Under the pieces are notes generated by a model, which worked only from the letters and a program-made list of their open reading frames with translations, did no database searches and had not been told where the DNA came from. From an uncultured Candidatus Saccharibacteria bacterium (GTDB taxonomy: Bacteria; Patescibacteriota; CAZHWT01), in contig CAZQWH010000002.1 of the NCBI GenBank assembly GCA_964597145.1, positions 177,232 to 241,231 on the forward strand: a DNA stretch of 64,000 nt, given 5' to 3'. Made by a program: the position numbers and the translations under genes. How positions within the stretch are numbered: the first letter of the stretch is position 1; the number at the start of each line of letters is the position of its first letter. Of this stretch, positions 51,170-59,925 are shown piece after piece.

Positions 51170-51264
51170 GCTGGAAGAAGTACAAGCCCGACGTCAAGTC
51201 GAACTTGGTGTCTTACTCTTCTAGGCAACCAACACCACTAGACTAAAGGTAATTCTCACTTATC

Positions 51265-51292
51265 AGCGCTCTGAATCTCAGGGCGCTTTTTT
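51265..51292 (+). terminator. Rho-independent terminator
   Basis: AGCGCTCTGA / TCAGGGCGCT followed by TTTTT. Confidence 0.75.
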
Positions 51293-51303
51293 ATACCTCA
51301 TTT

Positions 51304-53493
51304 TTAACGTTTAAATAATTTACCAAATATACCCTTACGTGGTTGGGGTTCAGCTTCAAGCTGCGGCTCGTACCTCTGACTATCATTTTGAGGCTCTACA
51401 TGGCCTTCAGCGGCAGCTTGATCAGCGCCACCTAGATTAGTCACGTCTTCTAATGCTTGGCTGCTCTGAGCGGCTTCTGTCGCCCAGGATTGGTCGGGCG
51501 ATACTTCGTCGCTGATTGCATCCTCCGGCTGAGTCGTATTCGGCGCTAGCCCTGCTGACTTGGTCTGCTTATAAATCTGGTACAAACGCATAAATTCACT
51601 TGCGATCCGATTTTTAGCCTGCAAACGAGTCGCGTCACGTTTATGGTAATCAGAAATAGCATCCCAGAATACAGCACTGCCGGCAGCATAGCCAATCACT
51701 CCTGGAATAGTAGCGCAGGTCGTAATAGCTTCGGCAATTTGTTGGCTGTTAGCATCGTAATCAGAAATAATAATACCAACATTATCACGGCCGTCCTTAC
51801 GAATTTCCCCTATCAGCTTGCGATACACTGTTGGGTCCGTGAAGTGACCAAACATCCACACATCCGGCTCAATCCCCGCTTGGTGAAAGTCCTGAACTAT
51901 TTTAAACTGTAAACCTGGCAGAGTAGTTTTTTTGAACATCTCCTGACTGTCTTGCACTTTTTCTAGCTGGGCTTTATTTGGTCGAGTAATTATTTCCAAC
52001 AACAACTTATAGCCATGCTGGTGGCAATAATCACTTAATTGCTTTAATTTCTCTTGCTGAGCTTTACGCACTGCTAGGGTATCAGCTGGATTATAAAAAA
52101 CTAAACCTTTAACAAAAGTTGGTTTATACTTCTCAATATGGGATTGGAAATCATCAGGATAAGTAAATTCAAATGGTTGTTTACCGCTTTTTTCAACCGG
52201 TAAGATCACGGCCATATTCTCTCGGTTCGCCAAGTTAATAATTTCATGACCAAACTGTTCGTCTACCATAATTGCTGCGTCAGGCTGAGGTAGCCCCAAA
52301 GCGATAGCCTCTTTGAACGCTTCATAAACCACCATCTTATCATCAGAGAGATGCGCCGACTGTTCTGCATTGAGCGCATCCACCGGCAAATTGAAGCATT
52401 GTTTAGCTAGGGAAGTTCGGTGATCAAAGGGCAGGACGATTAATGGTTCATCGCAACCTAAGCTGACCAATAACGGATCACCTTCGGTTTCAATTTGCTG
52501 TCGGTCAAGTAGCCCTGGTTGTGCCCCAACTCTTCCTACCACCGACGCAGCATTTTTAGCTCCCCAATACATGGCAACTTGCAAAGATTTCCCAGCTAAA
52601 GCCGCCCCAATTACGCCAGTCGCAAAACTATCACCTGCTCCAGTACGTTCTACCACCGTCGCTGGAACTAAACCTTGCTCAAAACAACGGCCATCCTCGG
52701 CCCGAGCATAGGAGCCATTTTTACCATCGGTAATAACCACAATCTTCGGCCCCAAGGATGCCATTTCCTCCATCAAGGTCTGAACCGGCATTTTATCGTA
52801 GTTCTTCTTGGGTTGAGCACTTTTCAGCACGCTCTTAGCTTCTTCCAGGTTTAAAAACAAGATATGGGCATGCTTAAGAACATTCCAAAATACTTCACCT
52901 TTTTCCGACAACTGTCGCGTCCCTGGGTTAAAAGCAATTGGCACTTGATTGGCCAAAGCAAAGTCGAGCACCACTTGGTATGCTTTATCCCAGATACCGC
53001 CTAGACTGGTTAAATAAAGCAACCGAGTAGCTATACTGGCGTTAAAGTCAAACTCATGCTCATGAGCTGCATGCTGAGAAAACAGTGTCCTATCCCCCTT
53101 AAGATTCATGATGACTGATGATGAAGTGGGCTTACCTGGTGTTTGCAGAATAAGTTGAGTATTAACCTTCTCCTGAGTCAGATTTTTCAAGACTTGGTCG
53201 GCATAGAAATCATCACCCAATTCCACCATTAGGGCCACTTTATACCCCAGGCGCGATAAGCCCACCGAGACATTTTGGGCATTGCCTCCCATATGGACTT
53301 CCGAAGATTCTACCGTAATTTTTTCACCGTAACGAAAACAGAGCTCTTTAGTCTTTAAATTAAGACGCCATTTAGGGTCATTTTCAACCAGATTTAAAAA
53401 AGTATCGGCACTAGCACCGCCAACCGCTATTAGGTCAAATTGATTAGCTGGAAGTGATTGGTCTTCAGGGTTGTAGTCTGGGGCAGCATTCAT
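51304..53493 (-). CDS. PfkB carbohydrate kinase fused to DUF2090 aldolase-like domain (IolC-like architecture)
   Basis: GGNAQNV, FNPG, NLEEA, RTGAGDSF; then LPFDHR, VDEQFG, PVEKSG. Confidence 0.85.
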   Translation of the reverse strand: MNAAPDYNPEDQSLPANQFDLIAVGGASADTFLNLVENDPKWRLNLKTKELCFRYGEKITVESSEVHMGGNAQNVSVGLSRLGYKVALMVELGDDFYADQVLKNLTQEKVNTQLILQTPGKPTSSSVIMNLKGDRTLFSQHAAHEHEFDFNASIATRLLYLTSLGGIWDKAYQVVLDFALANQVPIAFNPGTRQLSEKGEVFWNVLKHAHILFLNLEEAKSVLKSAQPKKNYDKMPVQTLMEEMASLGPKIVVITDGKNGSYARAEDGRCFEQGLVPATVVERTGAGDSFATGVIGAALAGKSLQVAMYWGAKNAASVVGRVGAQPGLLDRQQIETEGDPLLVSLGCDEPLIVLPFDHRTSLAKQCFNLPVDALNAEQSAHLSDDKMVVYEAFKEAIALGLPQPDAAIMVDEQFGHEIINLANRENMAVILPVEKSGKQPFEFTYPDDFQSHIEKYKPTFVKGLVFYNPADTLAVRKAQQEKLKQLSDYCHQHGYKLLLEIITRPNKAQLEKVQDSQEMFKKTTLPGLQFKIVQDFHQAGIEPDVWMFGHFTDPTVYRKLIGEIRKDGRDNVGIIISDYDANSQQIAEAITTCATIPGVIGYAAGSAVFWDAISDYHKRDATRLQAKNRIASEFMRLYQIYKQTKSAGLAPNTTQPEDAISDEVSPDQSWATEAAQSSQALEDVTNLGGADQAAAEGHVEPQNDSQRYEPQLEAEPQPRKGIFGKLFKR

Positions 53494-53835
53494 AGTATCT
53501 GTCGAAATAATATCTGATAGGTAGTAAGGTTATACTACTGTTTTTTACCATCTCTGGCAAGCTTAAGGCCCATGGCTGACAGAGTCGGGCAGCATGCGGT
53601 TCTGCAAATGTATCCGCGTGCTGCGAATTTTATTCGTCATCCCTGCAAAGATCTTCAACCTTGCAGCAAAACCTCAGTCTCAGACTCGAAGATCAAGAAC
53701 TAGAGTCGTTATAGCTAGCTCAATACCTTAATTCCTACCTTCAAGGGAATTAAACAATCATAAAATTTGTTCCACTTACGACTTACCATACAGCCCTCCG
53801 CCAGCCCATCCAATAGAATCATTACTCAGTTGCTA

Positions 53836-53892
53836 TTGCTGATATTTTACTGAGTTAATTTAATGTAATTATATAATATATTATATAATTAA
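53836..53892 (+). repeat. 57-bp dispersed element, copy 3 (26-bp palindrome 53866-53891)
   Basis: ACTGAGTTAA-N7-TAATTATATAATATATTATATAATTAA. Confidence 0.85.
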
Positions 53893-53898
53893 AATTTA

Positions 53899-53931
53899 AC
53901 ACCTCGGGAGTGTTAATCCCAGTACACCATT
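53899..53931 (+). repeat. Solo copy of the RAYT-2 left end (REP)
   Basis: 30/33 identical to 58356-58388, same orientation. Confidence 0.8.
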
Positions 53932-54000
53932 ACAGCCAGATCCTCAATCACACCTACCTGGCTTTCGTCTATTGTATCTAGAAGAGCAGCCCCTTACATA

Positions 54001-54410
54001 TCACCACAGTTTTCTCAGGGCTAATTTACATATTGAAATAGCATTCTTATGCTCTGAAGTCAGAAGGACGCGTATTCGTTCATACCCATTTGGAATAAAT
54101 ACACCATCCCAACCAAGCATTTCAGACTTAAGGTGGCCGTCAATTATGTCCCCTATCATTCCTTCGGCTTAGCTTGAATACGTTGCCATTTTGATAAGCA
54201 CCACAGTCTTAGCAATCGTTACCCTATTCTGCTCATCATCGAACACAGTTACCGTACCTAGTGATAACCTTCAAGCGCTTTAGATTTGATTGCTTCTTCA
54301 ATGGCCCAAGTTCAAGCAGAACCAGCTTAATGTACTCCTGTTCCAAGCCAAGTAGGCGCTTTATACTCCCCTCAGCTTGTTGGTATTCGTAATGGTAAAA
54401 TGGGCTAACT
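54001..54410 (-). pseudogene. Decayed Ham1/RdgB non-canonical purine NTP pyrophosphatase
   Basis: Fragments in shifting frames: FTITNTNKLR..KRLLG, IEEAIKSKALEGY, NRVTIAKTV, GWDGVFIPNGY...EHKNAIS..KLALRKL. Confidence 0.75.
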
Positions 54411-54417
54411 TTTTTAG

Positions 54418-54930
54418 TTACTCCATTGTCGCGATTTCAACAATTTCAGCTTGATTCGTTTCAGTGTCCCACACAGCATAACTGGCTACCCCAGTTAACC
54501 AACCCCAAACCTCTCCCGGATTGAGCAGCAACGTGCCGTTTTTCAGGGTTTCTTGGAAGCGCTGATGATCGTGGCCATAGAATACCGCAGTATAGTTGCC
54601 AGAGGCAGCTACATCCTTAGCAATCTGAGGGTAATGAGTGACAAAGACTTTTTTATCCTCAAATGTGTAGACGTCAAACTCATTATCACCAAAGGTTACC
54701 CGACCTTCACTGTCTAGAGCAGCTTTAAGCATCCGGCCTCGATCTCCATCGTTATTGCCGTAAATACAGAAACAACGTAGCCCCGAACTCACCAACTGAC
54801 GCACGGTTGGCGGTGCACAAAAATCACCCAGCACTAAAGCTTGGTCTATGCCTTGCTTCTTAACTTGACTAAGTACCACATCAAGATTGGCCTTTTGGTC
54901 ATGAATGTCTGATAAAATAGCAATTTTTAT
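54418..54930 (-). CDS. YfcE/MJ0936-type metallophosphoesterase
   Basis: KIAILSDIHD, LGD, GNND, THYP, YGHDH, NPGE. The frame begins at ATA 54928-54930, overlapping the upstream TAA. Confidence 0.88.
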   Translation of the reverse strand: MKIAILSDIHDQKANLDVVLSQVKKQGIDQALVLGDFCAPPTVRQLVSSGLRCFCIYGNNDGDRGRMLKAALDSEGRVTFGDNEFDVYTFEDKKVFVTHYPQIAKDVAASGNYTAVFYGHDHQRFQETLKNGTLLLNPGEVWGWLTGVASYAVWDTETNQAEIVEIATME

Positions 54931-55826
54931 GAATTACTCCCTTCGTTCTTAAATAGACTAACCGCTGTATCCCACAGTTCAGGCCTCCCCTGTTGCTTAT
55001 GCCACAGCCAGTATTCATATCCCCAGAATAACACAGCCTCAGGTTGTAGCTCAATTGCCCGAATAAAACTCCGGCTAAGGTGCTGTGGACTCATGCTCGG
55101 TGGAGAGCTTACCCATTTTTGATTATGATCACGTTCCCAAGCATCTCCTTGCAATTCCGTAATCCACACCGGCTTAGGTTGACTGGCAATCCATCGTTTC
55201 AGTTGCCAATCAAAAAAGTAAGGCCCATGATAGCCAAACCATTTAGCAGGTTGGCGGTAATAAAGATCGATACCCATCACATCAGCCAGAGACATAACTT
55301 CGCCATAATCGGCTCGACGAATAATATTGTTCCCCCAAAAGTTGAGGTGAATTGGCCGTTTAGGATCGAGTTGACGGACCAAGCTAACCTCTGATGCTAA
55401 CATCGGTAGCGGAATTGCCATCTTGAGGTTGCCACCTACATCGAGTGGTTCATTTTCGACTTGCCATGCCAGAAGTGAAGATAAGCCTTTATACCGGTTA
55501 ACTACTTTGGAAATAAACTGGTGAGTTTGTTCGGTAACTTGCTCTAGGTTGCGACCAGATAGCCATTGCGGCAGATAAAACTCGGGCCAGCGCGGCGCTT
55601 TCATGCCAACGGTTAGCACAATATCAAGCTTACAAGATTGAAGATGGTCAAGGGTCTGGTCGAGCGCGTCAAAATCCCATGTATCCGGCTGAGGTTGAAT
55701 TTGGTTCCAAAGTGCTCCAACTCGAACCGTGTCGATATTCAGTTCAGATATCAAGTTAAGAGCTTGAGCCGGATTAAGACCTCGTTTAATAACTTCGTGG
55801 CCAAGGTAGGTAATACCTAGACGCAT
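54927..55826 (-). CDS. Clan GH-A TIM-barrel glycoside hydrolase (beta-galactosidase/GH5-like)
   Basis: W..IQPQPD.WDF, KAPRWPE, WQVENEP (acid/base), WITELQ (nucleophile), FWG.EYW. Confidence 0.8.
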   Translation of the reverse strand: MRLGITYLGHEVIKRGLNPAQALNLISELNIDTVRVGALWNQIQPQPDTWDFDALDQTLDHLQSCKLDIVLTVGMKAPRWPEFYLPQWLSGRNLEQVTEQTHQFISKVVNRYKGLSSLLAWQVENEPLDVGGNLKMAIPLPMLASEVSLVRQLDPKRPIHLNFWGNNIIRRADYGEVMSLADVMGIDLYYRQPAKWFGYHGPYFFDWQLKRWIASQPKPVWITELQGDAWERDHNQKWVSSPPSMSPQHLSRSFIRAIELQPEAVLFWGYEYWLWHKQQGRPELWDTAVSLFKNEGSNS

Positions 55827-55832
55827 ATCCGA

Positions 55833-57317
55833 CTACACCACCTTGGTCCAGGTTGTGCCAGCTGGTCCATCTTCGACTTCTACTCCGGTCTTGGCTAACA
55901 TTCCACGCAACTCGTCGGCTAGTTTCCAATTCTTATCCTCTCGTGCCTGCTTGCGGCGCTCAAGTAGTTCTACCTCTTCGGATGTGAGCTGTACTAACTG
56001 AACATTATCAGCAGTTTGAGAATGGGTGGTCGAATGCACATTGAGTGCTACCGTTCCACTTGCTTGGACATAATCGATTAGGTTAAGACCAAAAACTACA
56101 TCAAAGTGGTTCATAGTCGATCTCTTAATATCAGAGGGTATCTTTTCATCATTAACCATTGTCCACATAACCGAAAGCGCACCAGGCATATCAAGGTCGT
56201 TATTAATCGTAGCTTGAAATAGTTGAAGGTAATTTAGGTCTGGTTGAGCTGATGCTCCGTCCCATTTACCCACTGCCCGCTTGAGGTTCTTGTATGTAGT
56301 TGCTGCTACTTGCAGCCGTTTCCAATCAAAATCCAGAACCGAACGGTAATGCGCGGTCAGACAAAAATAGCGGTAATCAAGCGGCGTAAACCCATGATCA
56401 AGAATGGTTTGAAGGCGATAAAAGTTATCCTTAGATTTAGACATTTTATCGCCTGAAATATTCAGAAACTCCCCATGTAGCCAATAATGGGCAAACTTCT
56501 TACCAGTAGCCGCCACCGATTGGGCAATTTCATTGGGATGATGAGTGCCAATATGGTCAACGCCGCCAGTATGAATATCGAACTCTTGACCTAAATATTT
56601 CATCGAAATAGCTGAACATTCAATATGCCAACCGGGGAAGCCTTCACCCCACGGACTAGGCCAATGCATAGAGTGCCGAGCATGCTCGTCAACGGTAAAT
56701 AACCACAAGGCAAAATCGGCCGGATGGCGTTTGCCTGGATCTTCATTCACCTCAGAGCGAACAGCAACCTGCTTTTGGTCGAGCTTTTGCCCAGAAAACT
56801 CCCAGTAATGAGGAAAAGTCGAAACGTCGAAGTAAATTGCCTTATCAGTAATGTAGGCTGAGTGCTTATCGAGTAATTGTTGGATCAACCGCTGCTGAGC
56901 TTCAATCTCATCGGTAGCCTTAGCAATTATAGTTGGCGGCAAAATGTTGAGCGCAGCCATATCTTTAAAAAATTGCTCCTGGTAAAACCCAGCCACTTCC
57001 CACACTGTTTTTCCCTGCTTTCGCGCCCCCTTCTCTATCTTGTCCTCACCCTCATCCGCATCTGAGGTCAGGTGCCCCACGTCAGTCACGTTCATCACCT
57101 GCTTTACCTCTAAATCATTAAATTCCAGCATCCGGCGCAAAACATCGTCAAAGATATAGGTGCGTAAGTTGCCAATATGAGCGTAGTCATAGACGGTTGG
57201 CCCGCAGGTATACAGGCCAACATGACCCGGTTGAATGGGTTTGAATAGTTCAATAGAGCGTGAAGCGGTGTTGTAGAGCTTGATAGGAGGCCTGTTGGTT
57301 CTTGTTTCTTGGTGCAT
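55833..57317 (-). CDS. cysS: Cysteine--tRNA ligase
   Basis: CGPTVY..HIGN, PGWHIECS, HHPNE, KMSKS. Confidence 0.97.
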   Translation of the reverse strand: MHQETRTNRPPIKLYNTASRSIELFKPIQPGHVGLYTCGPTVYDYAHIGNLRTYIFDDVLRRMLEFNDLEVKQVMNVTDVGHLTSDADEGEDKIEKGARKQGKTVWEVAGFYQEQFFKDMAALNILPPTIIAKATDEIEAQQRLIQQLLDKHSAYITDKAIYFDVSTFPHYWEFSGQKLDQKQVAVRSEVNEDPGKRHPADFALWLFTVDEHARHSMHWPSPWGEGFPGWHIECSAISMKYLGQEFDIHTGGVDHIGTHHPNEIAQSVAATGKKFAHYWLHGEFLNISGDKMSKSKDNFYRLQTILDHGFTPLDYRYFCLTAHYRSVLDFDWKRLQVAATTYKNLKRAVGKWDGASAQPDLNYLQLFQATINNDLDMPGALSVMWTMVNDEKIPSDIKRSTMNHFDVVFGLNLIDYVQASGTVALNVHSTTHSQTADNVQLVQLTSEEVELLERRKQAREDKNWKLADELRGMLAKTGVEVEDGPAGTTWTKVV

Positions 57318-57429
57318 AGTTCAGGATTATACCCTGATAATTACCGTCTGTCATTGATAAAATTTTCACATATGTGTTATATAAGGTTAAGTTCAGACAC
57401 TTTGTCTGGAGAGTGACAGGAGTTGAGAG

Positions 57430-57750
57430 ATGCTCGTTACCATAATACAGTCCGGAGGGGTTACAGGAATAAGGTACGGACTCAGCCTAAACACGGACGA
57501 CCTGCCAGCCGAAGCTGCTGCCGAGATATACCAACTGGTTGCTGACTGCGATTTTTTCTCTTTGCCCAGGTCAATTCACTTTAACGATGGCCGAGATGGC
57601 TTCTTGTATACGGTGTCGGTGACCAGTGATGAGCAATCCCATGAGATTATATTCAACCCTTCGGCCATATCGGTTCCGGATGAGCTAAAGAGACTGATAG
57701 TGCTAGCGAGTCAACATGCTAAAATGACTCCACTGGGTTGGAGTAGATAA
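57430..57750 (+). CDS. Emfourin (protealysin/M4 protease inhibitor)-like protein
   Basis: SGG.TG, DDLP...AEI..LV...FFSLP, D.F.Y.V.V, H...., VP.EL..LI pattern; AGGAG RBS. Confidence 0.7.
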   Translation: MLVTIIQSGGVTGIRYGLSLNTDDLPAEAAAEIYQLVADCDFFSLPRSIHFNDGRDGFLYTVSVTSDEQSHEIIFNPSAISVPDELKRLIVLASQHAKMTPLGWSR

Positions 57751-57808
57751 AACTGGGCGGAGTGATGACACGGCTGGATTTTGGGATCATTCTCAACTCC
57801 AGCCATTT

Positions 57809-58309
57809 TTATAACTCACCGGATGTTACCACATCGGGAGTGGTTATCTCATCCAGCTTGCCAACAATTCCGCCAGCATATTGAAAGGTGTATATATCCT
57901 TACCGCCTCGAGTAATTATTTCATCACCTTGAAAACAATCGACCGTACCGCGGCCACGACAAGTGTATTGATATTCACCATAATCCCTATAGACAGACTT
58001 CCAGATACGGGTAGTATCCCAGTTGTCTAATAGAGCTTTGCGCAACATTAAATCAGCCTCTGCCTCGGTCATTTTAGTAAAATCGCCAAAGTATGACATC
58101 GACCACATCGGAGTTCCTCCAATGTATATAGTCTCAATTCCCGGAAATATCCCATTTCCAATAGTGTAAATATCTCGATACAACCAATCACCATCAACAT
58201 ACTCAAGCTGCTTTGCCCCCGCCAAAAGCGACTCAACCTTCCCCCCTCCCGAAGCATAAGTTTGCGTCCGAGCCCGTAACAAAAATGATATAAGAAGACC
58301 TTTATTCAT
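57809..58309 (-). CDS. DUF5680-like protein
   Basis: FL.RA...TYA, Y.DGDWLYRD.Y, G.ET.Y....P.WSMSY.G, F.G.E.I, YAGG. Confidence 0.75.
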   Translation of the reverse strand: MNKGLLISFLLRARTQTYASGGGKVESLLAGAKQLEYVDGDWLYRDIYTIGNGIFPGIETIYIGGTPMWSMSYFGDFTKMTEAEADLMLRKALLDNWDTTRIWKSVYRDYGEYQYTCRGRGTVDCFQGDEIITRGGKDIYTFQYAGGIVGKLDEITTPDVVTSGEL

Positions 58310-58350
58310 AAATACAAGCTTATCATATTATCAAATCCCCATCAGGGATG

Positions 58351-59203
58351 ATATTACACCTCGGGGGTGTTTATCTCAGTACACCATTTTTTATATGCTC
58401 CATCCGACTCCCGGCATTATCCAGGATAGCCTCAACTATCTACGTCTATGAACAATTTCTGATTGTTGTGAAGGGATTTTTGATAGTCCGCATTGTCAAG
58501 TACAAACTCACGGTATGACTGGGTGGTTTCAAATGAGCTCAAAATACTCCCTGAGTCCACGAGCGGACCGTCATCTTGCCTATGCACCATCGATGACATT
58601 GAAGACCACTTAAAATCACAAATATCTTCTTGATGACGAACAATTCCTGAGGTGAATGGATTTAAATGAATATAGCGAGAGGTGTGGAGAAGTTGCCGTT
58701 CTGATTCCACTTTCACTGTTCTAAAAGCGCTCTCAAATAATGGTCCTCTGCGATGGTGATAGTCGTTAAAGTATCGAACAAAACTATTTTGGAATCTACC
58801 AATAAATATACTTATACCATTCTCTGCTTCTTGTCTGAGCAAGAAATGGAAGTGGTTGGGCATAAAGCAATAACTTAGTATGCTCACCAGCACTGGAGAA
58901 TATTTTAAAGTCCTGAGCGTATGATTTTTTGAGTTGTGTGTCTGGGAAAGAAAGTGCGAAAGTCGGATCGGCGGATTTGCATACCGATAATATTCAACAG
59001 CCTTCAAGGCCCTACTGCATTCTCTCGAACTAGTAAATATAGGCTGACGCTCAATGGATCGATTGAACGTGTGATAGACGTCGCCATTATGTAAAAGCGT
59101 TTTTCGATACGGCATACCAGACCTTTCTGGGCAGCATCGTATGTTGCTTATACCAGCCAGCATGAAATGGTGTCAAGAGATAAACACCCCCGAGGTGTAA
59201 TAT
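58351..59203. mobile_element. RAYT element 2: Y1 transposase between 39-bp inverted REP-like ends
   Basis: 58351-58389 and 59165-59203 are inverted repeats (36/39) with hairpin ACACCTCGGGGGTGT. Confidence 0.85.
58432..59115 (-). CDS. REP-associated tyrosine (HUH, Y1) transposase
   Basis: MPYRK start, YHTFNRS, YCFMPNHFHFLL, YIHLNP, KWSS. Confidence 0.92.
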   Translation of the reverse strand: MPYRKTLLHNGDVYHTFNRSIERQPIFTSSRECSRALKAVEYYRYANPPIRLSHFLSQTHNSKNHTLRTLKYSPVLVSILSYCFMPNHFHFLLRQEAENGISIFIGRFQNSFVRYFNDYHHRRGPLFESAFRTVKVESERQLLHTSRYIHLNPFTSGIVRHQEDICDFKWSSMSSMVHRQDDGPLVDSGSILSSFETTQSYREFVLDNADYQKSLHNNQKLFIDVDS

Positions 59204-59240
59204 ATGTATGCTAATTATTGAATAGAAAAGATTGATATCC

Positions 59241-59840
59241 TTAGAGTTCCGAACGGCCCTCTAGGGCTCTGGTGAGAGTTACTTGATCGGCATATTCTAA
59301 GTCTCCACCAACCGGCAGACCACGGGCAATTCGGGTCATCTTTACCCCTAGTGGCTTGAGCAGCTTTGCGATATATAATGCGGTTGCTTCACCTTCCATG
59401 GTCGGGTTAGTCGCCACTACCACTTCAGAGATAGATTCTGTCTTTGTCCGCTGTTCTAGCTCGGCCATTTTAATCTCATTCGGCCCAATATTATTCAACG
59501 GAGATAAAGCCGCCCCCAGTACATGGTACACACCCTTAATCACCTCGGTACTCTCTAGGGCCACCACATCCAACGGCTCCTCAACCACAAAAATGGTTGA
59601 GTGGTCACGTTGAGGATCACTACAGATTTCACAAGGCGAGCTTTCAGCAATGTTAAAGCAATGCTGACAAATGACCGTTTTATCCTTTACCTCAATGATC
59701 GCCTGGGCTAATTTCTGAGCCTCATCACGAGGAGCTCGAAGTAAATGATAGGTTAAGCGTTGGGCACTTTTTGGTCCCACCGCCGGTAGTTTTTCCAGCT
59801 CATTAATTAAATTAAGAATCGGTTTAGCAAGTTTGGGCAT
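59241..59840 (-). CDS. recR: Recombination mediator RecR
   Basis: LP.VGPKSAQR, C4 zinc finger, Toprim ATNPTMEGEAT. Confidence 0.97.
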   Translation of the reverse strand: MPKLAKPILNLINELEKLPAVGPKSAQRLTYHLLRAPRDEAQKLAQAIIEVKDKTVICQHCFNIAESSPCEICSDPQRDHSTIFVVEEPLDVVALESTEVIKGVYHVLGAALSPLNNIGPNEIKMAELEQRTKTESISEVVVATNPTMEGEATALYIAKLLKPLGVKMTRIARGLPVGGDLEYADQVTLTRALEGRSEL

Positions 59841-59925
59841 GAATATAGAGATCGGGTGTCAGGTTTCTGGTGTCAGAATTTTTTAAGATAACAACACATC
59901 TAAAACCTGAAACCTGTAATCTTAT

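Noticed and set aside
53972-54172. 66-aa + strand ORF
   Set aside because: Antisense shadow of the Ham1/RdgB pseudogene.
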